Both the position numbers and the translations under genes were made by a program. A model generated the notes under the pieces. The model did not search any database. It had not been told where the DNA came from and saw only the letters and a program-made list of their open reading frames with translations. Source: Candidatus Hydrogenedentota bacterium (lineage in GTDB: Bacteria; Hydrogenedentota; Hydrogenedentia; Hydrogenedentales; JAEUWI01). Taken from it: DNA of 64,000 nt. Shown piece after piece: positions 38,644-48,013 of the stretch (the first letter of the stretch is position 1; every line of letters begins with the position of its first letter). The DNA is taken from NCBI GenBank assembly GCA_034669905.1, contig JAXMOL010000001.1:160001-224000 (forward strand). The letters run 5' to 3'.

Positions 38644-40839
38644 TCAGGCCGTGGAAAGGACCTCCTGCTCCCGCAGCAAGCCGTAGTGTTCCAGGCCCTC
38701 CATGATTCCTGCGGCATATTCCGCCTTCGCAAAGTAGACCCGGGTACCGTTCTTACGGAGGGTATCGAGTTCTTTCGCGTAGTTACCCACCGCGATGCCG
38801 CAGGTACGCCCTTTCAGCATATCGAGGTCATTTCCGGAATCACCTGCGGTGGCGATGTTTTCCAGGGGGATATTCCACTTATTGGAGAGAAAGCGCACCG
38901 CTTTTCCCTTGGAAGCACGAAGGGGAAGCACATCGACAAAGACGTCGTGGGAAAAAATTACCGTATGGGGCACACCACTCCGTCCCAGCGCGTCATAGAT
39001 TTTCGGCAAGGCCACCTCTGAGGGGGTACCTTTGTCGAGATCGTAGCTGATTTTAAATTCACGTTGGGTCTCGGCGTCTTCCTGCATGGTCAAGAACGGC
39101 AGGGATTCCAGGGCCGCGCGCACCCGTTCCGGTTTCCACTTGTTGCGCAGGTGGCTGGCCCATCCCTTATCCCGCGTCAGGTTTTTGCCATAGTAAATCT
39201 CGGCACCAACGGACGCGATGACCACATCGAGCCCTTCTATCTGGTGCTCCTCCACCACCTCCGTAATCATATCGAGGTGACGGCCCGATGCCACCCCAAA
39301 GCCAATGCGGTGGCGATGCTCCTTCATGAAGGCCAACAGGCGTGCCATGGCGTCATCATCACCCAACAGGGTATTGTCGATGTCGGTAATCAACAGGGCC
39401 TCCAGCTCGGCGAGGCGGCGGCCCGGTGCGTTCCGGCTGTGCTTCTTGGGAAAGCTGGTCTCGGGGGTGGCTTCTACCAGTTTCCCCACGGCAGCAAGGT
39501 AGTCTTCGCAGTGTTTCTGCCAGGAATAGTGCTCGCGCACGCGATTCACCCCGTTGTCACTGAATTGCTGCCACTTTTCCCGGTCCGTGAGAATCGTTTT
39601 GATGGCCTGCCCGATTTCCTCGGGTTTGTGCACATCAACGAGGAGACCACACTCGCAGTTTTCGATAATATCCTGGGGACCACCGTTTTCCGTCCCGACA
39701 ATCGGAAGCCCACAGGCGGCCGCTTCGATGTAGGTCAGGCCAAAGGGCTCCACGAAGGCACTGTTCACAAAAACTCCGTGCTTGGAGGCCGCCAGGCGGT
39801 AGAGTTCGGGCACATCCACCTCCGACTCATGGTTCTTCGGCACGGCCATCTTTCCGTAGAGGTCGTAACGATCCATCATGAGCAACATGTCGGTCAGTAC
39901 CTGTTGCTCCGCTTCGGGCATGTCGGTGATGGACTTTCGAATACCGGCGAAAATCGCGAGGTTGGCCAGGGCCTGCAGTTCTTTGTCCTGTCCGTAGGCC
40001 TCCACCAGGGCGTTGATATTCTTTCGCTTATCCGGACGGCAAAGCGCGAGGATAATCGGACGGTCGGCATTGAAATGGAAGCGCTCCAACTCGCCCTGCA
40101 TCCGCATGCGGGCCTGTTTCCAGTATTCGCCCACGTTGTCGGGTGCCACTTCGTATTCGTAGTAGGGAAAGAAGCGCTCCAACTCCGTTCCCGGGGGTAT
40201 GACGGCGAATTCCGGGGCCTCGCCGTTGTAGTAATGCTTGTACTGGGTGTCTCGCTCGTGCCGCGTGCTGGTAACGACCAGATCGGCGCTGGCGAGGGAC
40301 TTTTCCTCGGCATCGATCCGGCGGTCGATATTGAATTCCTTATTCATCTGCTCACTGCTCCAGCCCTGAGAGACAAGATAGTTTTTCTTGTCCCTTCCCA
40401 GGCTGTGCCCCGTGAAGACAAAGGGCACGCCAAAGGCAGATGACACTTCCGTGGCGATGTAGCCGGCGTCGGCATAGTGACCGTGAACCAGGTCGGGCAC
40501 CCGGCCTTCTTTCCGAATGAAGGTAATCATGGCGTCGGCAAAGTCGTCGAGAAAAGGCCAGAGCCGTTCCTTGCGCATGTAGCGCCCCCCGCCACAGGGC
40601 AGGCGAACGATGCGGCAATTGGGACCAATCTCCTCAATGTCTTCACCGTATTCGGGCTCTACCCGCTTGTCACGAATGCGGCGGGTAAAGAGGTCGACTT
40701 TGGTCACCCCGTCCATCTTACCGAGGGTTCGGGCCAGTTCGAGCACATAGCGGACCTGCCCACCGGTGTCGGAGTCCCGCCCCATCTCGATCTTTTCACC
40801 GCGGATGAGGCCATGGATGCTGATTAACTGAATATACAT
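38644..40839 (-). CDS. spsA: Sucrose-phosphate synthase with C-terminal HAD (SPP-like) domain
   Basis: 'ISIHGLIRG..EMGRDSDTGGQVRYVLELAR', 'HGHYADAG', 'FTGHSLG', 'EPFGLTYIEAAACG'; HAD motifs 'TDIDNTL' and 'AGDSGND'. Confidence 0.92.
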   Translation of the reverse strand: MYIQLISIHGLIRGEKIEMGRDSDTGGQVRYVLELARTLGKMDGVTKVDLFTRRIRDKRVEPEYGEDIEEIGPNCRIVRLPCGGGRYMRKERLWPFLDDFADAMITFIRKEGRVPDLVHGHYADAGYIATEVSSAFGVPFVFTGHSLGRDKKNYLVSQGWSSEQMNKEFNIDRRIDAEEKSLASADLVVTSTRHERDTQYKHYYNGEAPEFAVIPPGTELERFFPYYEYEVAPDNVGEYWKQARMRMQGELERFHFNADRPIILALCRPDKRKNINALVEAYGQDKELQALANLAIFAGIRKSITDMPEAEQQVLTDMLLMMDRYDLYGKMAVPKNHESEVDVPELYRLAASKHGVFVNSAFVEPFGLTYIEAAACGLPIVGTENGGPQDIIENCECGLLVDVHKPEEIGQAIKTILTDREKWQQFSDNGVNRVREHYSWQKHCEDYLAAVGKLVEATPETSFPKKHSRNAPGRRLAELEALLITDIDNTLLGDDDAMARLLAFMKEHRHRIGFGVASGRHLDMITEVVEEHQIEGLDVVIASVGAEIYYGKNLTRDKGWASHLRNKWKPERVRAALESLPFLTMQEDAETQREFKISYDLDKGTPSEVALPKIYDALGRSGVPHTVIFSHDVFVDVLPLRASKGKAVRFLSNKWNIPLENIATAGDSGNDLDMLKGRTCGIAVGNYAKELDTLRKNGTRVYFAKAEYAAGIMEGLEHYGLLREQEVLSTA

Positions 40840-40851
40840 TGAGGGTTCCCT

Positions 40852-43326
40852 TTACTTCTTCAACGCTTCGATTGCACGGGGCCGAAATACGGTGTGGTAG
40901 AGCGTGTGGATATATTGGTCCAGGGCCCCACGATTCATAACGTCCAGATGGTCCCAGAAAGAATAGGTATTGGCCAGTCGAAGGACCTTGGCCGCGTGGG
41001 AACTCCAGAGGAAGGCGGCGCGCACCCGCGCGATACCTTCCCGACTGTAGTGCTCCCACCGGTCCCCGTTGGTCAGGACGCCGTAAAGCGCCTCGGCCAT
41101 ACGTTCATGATCATTGGGATTAACCACTTCGCCCGACTTCTTGTCTTCCACGATTTCTGCCGGGCCACCGAAACAGGTGACCACCACGGGCACGCTGCAG
41201 GCCATGGCTTCGATGACCGTGAGGCCGAAGGTCTCCATGAAGGCCGGCTGAGAGAAGACCCCGCGGCGGTCCGCGACCAGCCGGTAAATTTCGCCCGTCT
41301 CCACCTTGTCGAGTCGGGCGGCGCACCAGCGCAGGGAGCCTTCCAACTGATAGTGATCAATCAAGTCATACATACGTTGCAACTGATCGATTTCCTCCTG
41401 GTCACTGGAATCTTCAATGCGGGTGATAGAGGACATAATAACAAGATTGGCCACCTTTCGCAGCGCGTCGGATTTTCCGAACGCTTCGATGATACCCGGG
41501 AGGTTCTTTACCTTGTCCACCCGTGACATGGCGAAGATGGGGGGCAAGTCGGGATTCGTCAGGTGGCCGATGCAGTTTTCGGCCGGTTGGGGCGCAAAGA
41601 GAAGCTTCTCCAGGCGTTCGCAGACACCAGTAAGACGCCGCGTCGTCTCCGATGCAGGGAAAAAGTGCTCTTCACTGACCCCGGGCGGCACAATGTTGTA
41701 TCGGGCCAGGGTCAGGTCCATGCCCGACGTCACGCGGTACAACCCGGGCATGGAAAAGGTTTCGTAGCTTTCGAACATACCCATCTCATTGTCCGTGCCG
41801 CCTATCTCGCGGTAGGAACTGCTGATAATAAAGTCGGCGGCGTTGTAGGCAATCATATCCGCTGTGAACTGGCAGGAGAAATGATACTCTGCTTCCATAT
41901 CGGCCCAGTAAAGATCGCTCAAGAGGTATTTTGTCTTTTCCAGGGCATGGACTGCCGCGCAGTGGGTCGTTCCCAGATCTTCGGCGAGGCGATGGGCCAC
42001 CAGATTGCCATCGCTGTAGTGGCCGATGATGAGATCGGGCACCGACATGAACTCCCCCACCACCGTTTCCCGCGCCTGCAGGGCGAAGTCCTCCAGGTAG
42101 GGCCAGATGTGGAACCGGGAAATCCAGGACGGATGAATGCTTTCATCGGGGTTTCGAAAGGGGACCCGTACGATCCAGCAGTGATCACTCCCGATTACTT
42201 TCTCCCGCGCCTGGTTGCAGGTCGTGCCTTCGGCATCGGGGATCAGGCGGGTCAGAATGGCGATGTGGGGGATCATTTCTTCCAGGCCACTCTCGTAGAA
42301 GCGCGCCTTCAGCTCCCGCTCAATGGCACGGGCCTGATCGAGCACATAGGTCACCTGGCCACCCGTGTCTGGCTTGCCGAGGACATCGTGTTGGGCGAAC
42401 CAGCCATGGGGGCTTACCATCACCACTGTACGGGTCAAGGGCAACGCCGCCAGCAGGCGCTCCAGGCGATCGGGGTCGGCGGATTCCAGGACCTGGGACA
42501 GGGTGCTCAGCCGTTCACGGACGCCTTCCAGGCTTCGCCCCCATCCCGGCTCAAAACCATGAATGCGCAGCAGGTGGGTCACGCCATCGTCGATGATTCC
42601 GTCGCCCCGGTCGGCCAAATCCTGTAATACGGCCTCGATCTGTTCCACCAACACTTCGTGGGAGGTAATATAGTCGTTGAGGAAGAGGTTGTGATTCTCG
42701 AGTCGAAACTTTCGCAGGAAATCGGTGAGTGCCGCGCGAAAATGATCGGGCTGCTGATATGTGGTGCCCGCGAGGTGGCGGTTGAGCACCGAAATACCCG
42801 CGCCCATGGCCCGGGCTTCCTGCGTCTTGGGATAGTTGAGAAAGAACGGTCGGAAATCGATGGTGAGTCCGGTGCGGCTGGCTTCCGATTGCCCCTGGAT
42901 AAAGGCGTCTTTCACCCGCAGGTATTCGCCCCGTTCCACCGCTTCGAAGCGCCCCAACTCCGGATGAGAACGGACGATCCGTTTCTGGCCGATCCTGGGT
43001 CGCAGCAAGAGGTAATCATAGATGTCGCCAAAGAATATCTCCTGACAACCTCGAAGCAATTTACGCAGGCCGCGCTCCGTCGCTTCTTCCAGGGCGGCAT
43101 CCGTTTCGATAAAACTGTCCAACGCTTCCTGTACCCGGTCGCGCAGGACGATGGTATCGCCCACTTCGCGGAGTTGGGACAGAAAACGCAGGGCCGCCAC
43201 CGCCGCCAGGTCTACCTCTGGCTGGAGCGCGCGGGAAAAGCCCAACGCGGCCGCGCCTGCGGGGCGAGCTGGATTCCCGCCATCGGGGTCCAAAATGGGC
43301 TGTATGGTATCTCGTCTAACAGACAC
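40852..43326 (-). CDS. susA: Sucrose synthase
   Basis: 'SPHGWFAQHDVLGKPDTGGQVTYVLDQARA', 'IGHYSDGNLVA', 'HALEKTKY', 'FSCQFTAD', 'ETFGLTVIEAM'. AAGGAGG precedes GTG 43326. Confidence 0.92.
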   Translation of the reverse strand: MSVRRDTIQPILDPDGGNPARPAGAAALGFSRALQPEVDLAAVAALRFLSQLREVGDTIVLRDRVQEALDSFIETDAALEEATERGLRKLLRGCQEIFFGDIYDYLLLRPRIGQKRIVRSHPELGRFEAVERGEYLRVKDAFIQGQSEASRTGLTIDFRPFFLNYPKTQEARAMGAGISVLNRHLAGTTYQQPDHFRAALTDFLRKFRLENHNLFLNDYITSHEVLVEQIEAVLQDLADRGDGIIDDGVTHLLRIHGFEPGWGRSLEGVRERLSTLSQVLESADPDRLERLLAALPLTRTVVMVSPHGWFAQHDVLGKPDTGGQVTYVLDQARAIERELKARFYESGLEEMIPHIAILTRLIPDAEGTTCNQAREKVIGSDHCWIVRVPFRNPDESIHPSWISRFHIWPYLEDFALQARETVVGEFMSVPDLIIGHYSDGNLVAHRLAEDLGTTHCAAVHALEKTKYLLSDLYWADMEAEYHFSCQFTADMIAYNAADFIISSSYREIGGTDNEMGMFESYETFSMPGLYRVTSGMDLTLARYNIVPPGVSEEHFFPASETTRRLTGVCERLEKLLFAPQPAENCIGHLTNPDLPPIFAMSRVDKVKNLPGIIEAFGKSDALRKVANLVIMSSITRIEDSSDQEEIDQLQRMYDLIDHYQLEGSLRWCAARLDKVETGEIYRLVADRRGVFSQPAFMETFGLTVIEAMACSVPVVVTCFGGPAEIVEDKKSGEVVNPNDHERMAEALYGVLTNGDRWEHYSREGIARVRAAFLWSSHAAKVLRLANTYSFWDHLDVMNRGALDQYIHTLYHTVFRPRAIEALKK

Positions 43327-43465
43327 TTCAACCTCCTTCGTTTGGCATCTCGTTTCTGTATCGTTCGATGAGGCCCCGGCCCTGGGACCAGAACCGGTAG
43401 TCCCCCGCACCCACGGGCTGCGGACTCCCCGAAAGTACGGTGAGGGCCCGGGTAAGGTTATCCGT

Positions 43466-44449
43466 TTATTCCGCGTCGTAGCGCAGGCCCCACTGACTGC
43501 GGACACGATCCAAGGTCTGGATAACACGCTGGCTCATGGACCAGGGCACGGTCGCGCAATGGGTGTGACCTGCCAGGATACCTTCCGTTACCGCCTGCGC
43601 CTCCAGATGGTAACCATACCCCTGGCGCTCGTAACGGCGGGTCACCGGACGACCTTCCCGGGTAACGATATAGTAATCCGGTTGGGAAAATTGTTCAGGG
43701 ATTTCGATGACCCCCTCGTCCCCGATGATAGTCGCCCCCTGGGAGGGCGCTTCATCCAGCGAAAAGTGCACGCTGGCATGTTGGCCTTCGCCGTAATCCA
43801 GGGCGAGCGAAGCGGTCATATCGACCCCCGTAGGTGCCGGTCGCCATTCCGACTGGATAGCACGGGGTTCCCGGCCGAAAATCATATCGGCAAAGGCCAC
43901 GGTGTAAATCCCGATATCCAGAAGCGCACCGCCCCCCAGGGCCGGGTCAAAAATCCGGCTGGCGGGATCCGGGGTCGCCGGGTAGGAAAAACCCGCGCGC
44001 ACTTCACGAGGCACACCGATTTCGCCCCGTGCGATGTGATTCCTCAACGACCGAATGGCGGGAAAAAAGGCAGTCCAGAAGGCCTCCATGAGAAACTGGC
44101 CTGTCTCCTCGGCCGTGGCCACCATGCGATCCACCTGTTGACGGTTCATCGCGAGGGGCTTCTCACACAGGACCCCTTTGCCCGCTTCCAGGCACAGCAA
44201 GGTATCCTCACAGTGTCGGATGTTGGGCGTGGCCACATAGACCACATCGATCGCGGGGTCATTGGCCAGGGATTGGTAGTCCCCATAGCGGACGGGAATA
44301 CCATGATGGTCGCCGAAGGATTCGGCACGAAGGGCGGTACGGGAGGCGACGGCACGCAATTCGGCACGGGGAACAAGACGTAGGTCTTCGGCCATCTGGC
44401 GGGCGATATCACCCGTACCCAGGATTCCCCATGTCACCGTGCGGTCCAT
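43466..44449 (-). CDS. Gfo/Idh/MocA family oxidoreductase
   Basis: 'WGILGTGDIA', 'DVVYVATP', 'VLCEKP', 'GGGALLDIGIY'. Confidence 0.9.
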   Translation of the reverse strand: MDRTVTWGILGTGDIARQMAEDLRLVPRAELRAVASRTALRAESFGDHHGIPVRYGDYQSLANDPAIDVVYVATPNIRHCEDTLLCLEAGKGVLCEKPLAMNRQQVDRMVATAEETGQFLMEAFWTAFFPAIRSLRNHIARGEIGVPREVRAGFSYPATPDPASRIFDPALGGGALLDIGIYTVAFADMIFGREPRAIQSEWRPAPTGVDMTASLALDYGEGQHASVHFSLDEAPSQGATIIGDEGVIEIPEQFSQPDYYIVTREGRPVTRRYERQGYGYHLEAQAVTEGILAGHTHCATVPWSMSQRVIQTLDRVRSQWGLRYDAE

Positions 44450-44920
44450 ATCACAGCAGCGGCTTCAACCCGAAGGCTGAAAACGTCGCGATGCCTCCTT
44501 TCCGTTGACTCAATCTGCGGCGCATTCGCGTCGAACAGAAATCATTCTTGTAGAAACTATCTTAGCATGCGAAGATAGTATTGTTCAAATTTGTACGCGA
44601 CAATGTAAAGAATGAATTGCCTCGCCGGCTCGGGATGAACGGTTTTTCCCGTCACTTACATCTTCCTTTTCAGACGTGCATTTCTGCCAAGCCCACGCAT
44701 CAACAAATGGGCCGACGACTTCACGAATTCCGTGTACCGAGTCATAACCCTATCGCTTCTCGTCCGCCCCTGGGTCTGCAGACGCACGGTCTCAAGATGT
44801 TCTTCAAGTATGTCCCCCATGAAATCATAGACCCACCTCAATTATCTACTTGTTCACCCGCTCAATTATCTACTAGACTCCTACGCAGCGTTGGTTGCCC
44901 ACAGCGGGAGGGAAATTTCT

Positions 44921-46105
44921 GTGAAGCGAGGACATGTACCGCGTCGTGCGGCTCAGTTGGCCAATCTGGGTCTTTTCCTGGTGATTGTGGGGGTGTGCGG
45001 ATTCGTGGCGTGGCGGGCGAGTCAACTGCAGGTATTCGTCGTCCCGGAAAACTATATAGCGGGCTACGTCGAAGAAAGCGGGTTTCTGTGGAAGAAAAAA
45101 CAGGTGCGTGTCTTTTCGGCCGGGTCCCACCCAGTACTCGAAAATGAAACTGCGGCCGCTTCGCCTGCCTACCGGGTGGGCGATCAGGCCTTCGTCTTCG
45201 ACGCAACCGCGCCCATCAACGTCGCGTTGTGGAAGGATGCGAAGAATCTGCTGACCCGTAAGAAAGCGCCCATTATTCGCGTCTGCGGCGTAATCGAAGC
45301 TTCCGTAACAGCCCAAACCGTGGAAGCCCATTTGTTGTCCGACACGCCCATGTACCGCACCCTGCAAGGTGCTGTGGAGACGGTGCTCGCACACGCTGCC
45401 AAAGAGAATACCTCCGACAAAGATTCACTGGAGGGAGCCCTCCTCAATGGCCTCGAAGGGGAACTTCGGGGAGCGACGCACCTCGCAATCACCCGCGTTC
45501 GAATTGACACCATCGCCGAAGTCGATGCCATGACACCGACCCGCATCATCCATCCCCCTGATTTCGTGGTCGAGACGAATATCGTGAAGGAGACGCCGCC
45601 GTCTGCCTACACATCGGTCGGTCTGGCCCTGCTGGTGGGCGCGTCCATCTTTGTGGTCGTGCGGGCCCTGTTTGCCGATGTTATCGCCCTGATTCTGCTC
45701 ACGCCCTTTCAGTGGGTGGGTATGGTGGATAGCGTTCACTGGCGCGTGCCGGAAGACGCAGAGCGGACCAAAGAAAAAGGGGGATTTGTTCTGGATGGGA
45801 TAGGCGCACCCTCCCCTTCTTCCAGGGGACCCGAAAATGCTGCGCCCACCGCCGAGTCCGACCCCGTCGTGGGCCCCATAATGGACGCGGTGCCGTCCCC
45901 CGATGTTTCCGGTGGCGCCGTCGAGGGCCTGGGGGTTGGTGCGGAAGCCGCCGGAGAGCTCGCAGGCGGGGCGGCCGATGTCGCCACGGAAAGCGCCGCC
46001 GCGGCCGTGGAGGGAGTCTCTGAACTGGCGGGCGGCCTGGCAGAAGGCCTCGCCGGGGGATTAGCAGAAGGCCTCGGTGGTTGTCTTGGCGGAATTTTTG
46101 GTTGA
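44921..46105 (+). CDS. Hypothetical membrane protein with acidic Gly/Ala-rich C-terminal tail
   Basis: Long ORF with GGGAGG RBS before GTG, 2-3 TM segments and the tail 'AGGLAEGLAGGLAEGLGGCLGGIFG'. Confidence 0.6.
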   Translation: MKRGHVPRRAAQLANLGLFLVIVGVCGFVAWRASQLQVFVVPENYIAGYVEESGFLWKKKQVRVFSAGSHPVLENETAAASPAYRVGDQAFVFDATAPINVALWKDAKNLLTRKKAPIIRVCGVIEASVTAQTVEAHLLSDTPMYRTLQGAVETVLAHAAKENTSDKDSLEGALLNGLEGELRGATHLAITRVRIDTIAEVDAMTPTRIIHPPDFVVETNIVKETPPSAYTSVGLALLVGASIFVVVRALFADVIALILLTPFQWVGMVDSVHWRVPEDAERTKEKGGFVLDGIGAPSPSSRGPENAAPTAESDPVVGPIMDAVPSPDVSGGAVEGLGVGAEAAGELAGGAADVATESAAAAVEGVSELAGGLAEGLAGGLAEGLGGCLGGIFG

Positions 46106-46217
46106 ATCGCTACGGCACGGGTGGCGTGAATACGATCGTGCCCTTGGTTTCGACCTGACCGCAGCGGGTCCGTGGAGGGAGTGGTCCATCTCCTTGGTTC
46201 TTTTGTGCAGTGACACG

Positions 46218-46252
46218 AAAAAGCCCGCGTCAAAACAAGGTTCGACGCGGGC
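46218..46252 (-). terminator. Terminator downstream of tRNA-Lys
   Basis: GCCCGCGTC...GACGCGGGC with a T5 tail on the minus strand. Confidence 0.7.
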
Positions 46253-46264
46253 CGGAATGTAGAA

Positions 46265-46340
46265 TGGTGAACGGGGTGGGGCTCGAACCCACGACCACCG
46301 GATTAAAAGTCCGATGCTCTACCAACTGAGCTACCCGTTC
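46265..46340 (-). tRNA. tRNA-Lys (anticodon UUU)
   Basis: GAACGGGTAGCTCAGTTGGTAGAGCATCGGACTTTTAATCCGGTGGTCGTGGGTTCGAGCCCCACCCCGTTCACCA: 76-nt cloverleaf with encoded CCA. Confidence 0.97.
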
Positions 46341-46392
46341 AAGAGATAGGAATCGACGTAGGGGCAGATTACCCCGTCGACTTGGGAGCGCT

Positions 46393-46422
46393 ATTGTACG
46401 TGAAGCAGGGGGAAAGAATCAA
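46393..46422 (-). promoter_or_regulatory. Putative sigma70 promoter of tRNA-Lys
   Basis: Minus strand TTGATT-N18-TACAAT, about 50 nt upstream of the tRNA. Confidence 0.5.
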
Positions 46423-46856
46423 ATTGGGGCGCAAACTTTTTCGGAGGGTGCGTCGCTGAGGGCCTTCGTGTACCCGCTGAGAGCAGGGACCCCGGGGCCG
46501 GGCGGGGCCACGCGCCCCCTGGTTAGATGGGGCAATCGTTCAACATGTTGTCACCGCTGAACATTTTAGACCGAAATCGGGAGGGGGCTTCCGTGTCGGG
46601 TGCCGGGTTGCAGATTTCGGTCTCCGAAGTCCCCTGAGATGAATCCCCACTCTAACACCCTACTCTAGAGAGAGTTACAGACACCACCACCCCAATCCGG
46701 TAGATTCTTCGGGTGCCCTCATAGCCTGCGGCAAAATTTGGCGCGCTTCCTGCTCTATACCAGTCAGATGTTTCGCTGGCATCTTGGGAAAACATGCGGA
46801 ATCAGGGCGAAACAATCTTGTGTGTGAATGATGCGTTGTGCTGCGTCGTGTGCGAA

Positions 46857-46891
46857 TTGGGACCTTTCCCCTTACGGGGGAAAGGTCCCAA
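46857..46891. terminator. Perfect 15-bp hairpin downstream of the HDOD gene
   Basis: TTGGGACCTTTCCCC-TTACG-GGGGAAAGGTCCCAA. Confidence 0.6.
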
Positions 46892-46948
46892 CTTATTTTC
46901 GGGGTATCGGGGCCAAGCCCTGACGGGGCGTTGGGAGTGGGGGTGCGC

Positions 46949-47977
46949 CTAACCGGCGACTTCGAAGAGGCCCTCAAGGGTATCGCTGAGATCGACCCGC
47001 AGGGTGGCGAGCTTGATGTCGGAGAGGGAAAGGTAGACCGACGAGGGGTGGGAGGCCAGATAGACGTCTTCGGTTACTTCATACACCCCATACCCTTCCA
47101 TGTTTGCGAGGGTGTTGGCGAGGCAAACGGTGTGGACGGCGCCGAGCCAATCTTTCACGGGGCACAGGGCGGGATTGTGGTGGAAGTAGACGGCGGCACG
47201 AAAGAGCGGGGGCATCTCCCAGGCCTGGCAGATAAGGAGCCCGATATGGGCGTGCAATCCGGCAATGATTTCCCGCATCAAGTCGGGATTACGTTGCAAA
47301 TCCTGGATGATCTTTTCCCGGGGGCTGGCAATCATTTCCAGGAGCAACACCTTACCAATATCGTGGACCAGCCCTGCGAGGAAGATGGCTTCCGAATCGG
47401 GGGCGAGGGTACTTCGGGCGATTTCATTGGCGCAGTGGGCGGTGGCAATGGAGTGACGCCATAACCGGGACATACTATTTTTGAGTCCCGTGTTGCCGGT
47501 GATAAAGAGGCTTCGGTTGGCCACCAGTTGTACCGTGTTGGCAATCGTCCGCATACCGAGGCGCGAACAGGCGGAATTGAGGTCGGTGATTTCCTGGAGC
47601 CCGCCGAAGGCCGCGCTGTTGGCCTGTTTCATGATAGCCAGTGCGACCACCGGATCTTCCCGGATCATCTCGGTGAGCTGGCTCATTTCGAAATCGGGGT
47701 CGCGGAGCAACTTCAGAATCCGCTGTGATACTTCGGGAAGTATGGGCAGCTCCTTCACGCCTTCGACGACCTGGGTAAGAAAGGCGGAGGCAATCGACCC
47801 CGGAGGGGCCACGCGGCGCATATCCGCGGCACCGGGCACCAGTTTGGCCTGCTCGGCCCCTTCGCGCCACTCGGTGAGCAAGGGATTGAAGCACGCGGAA
47901 CAAACGGATAGACCTGTGGTGTCGCCACCGGAAAAGGCTTCGCCTAGCGCGGCCTTACAAATCGGGCATTCGGGCAT
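46949..47977 (-). CDS. HDOD domain protein with N-terminal zinc ribbon
   Basis: 'CPIC...CSAC'; 'ELPILPEV', 'DPVVALAIMKQANSAAF', 'LWRHSIATA', 'AGLVHDIGK'. Confidence 0.88.
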   Translation of the reverse strand: MPECPICKAALGEAFSGGDTTGLSVCSACFNPLLTEWREGAEQAKLVPGAADMRRVAPPGSIASAFLTQVVEGVKELPILPEVSQRILKLLRDPDFEMSQLTEMIREDPVVALAIMKQANSAAFGGLQEITDLNSACSRLGMRTIANTVQLVANRSLFITGNTGLKNSMSRLWRHSIATAHCANEIARSTLAPDSEAIFLAGLVHDIGKVLLLEMIASPREKIIQDLQRNPDLMREIIAGLHAHIGLLICQAWEMPPLFRAAVYFHHNPALCPVKDWLGAVHTVCLANTLANMEGYGVYEVTEDVYLASHPSSVYLSLSDIKLATLRVDLSDTLEGLFEVAG

Positions 47978-48013
47978 GATAAACTCCTGTGCCGTATGCG
48001 GGTGCACGGGTAA

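Noticed and set aside
38286..38732. Short ORFs on either strand at the 3' end of spsA
   Set aside because: They overlap spsA and have no RBS or motifs, so they cannot be supported.
46265..46340. tRNA-Lys as an integration site of a prophage or island
   Set aside because: I saw no integrase and no duplicated tRNA 3' end in the window.
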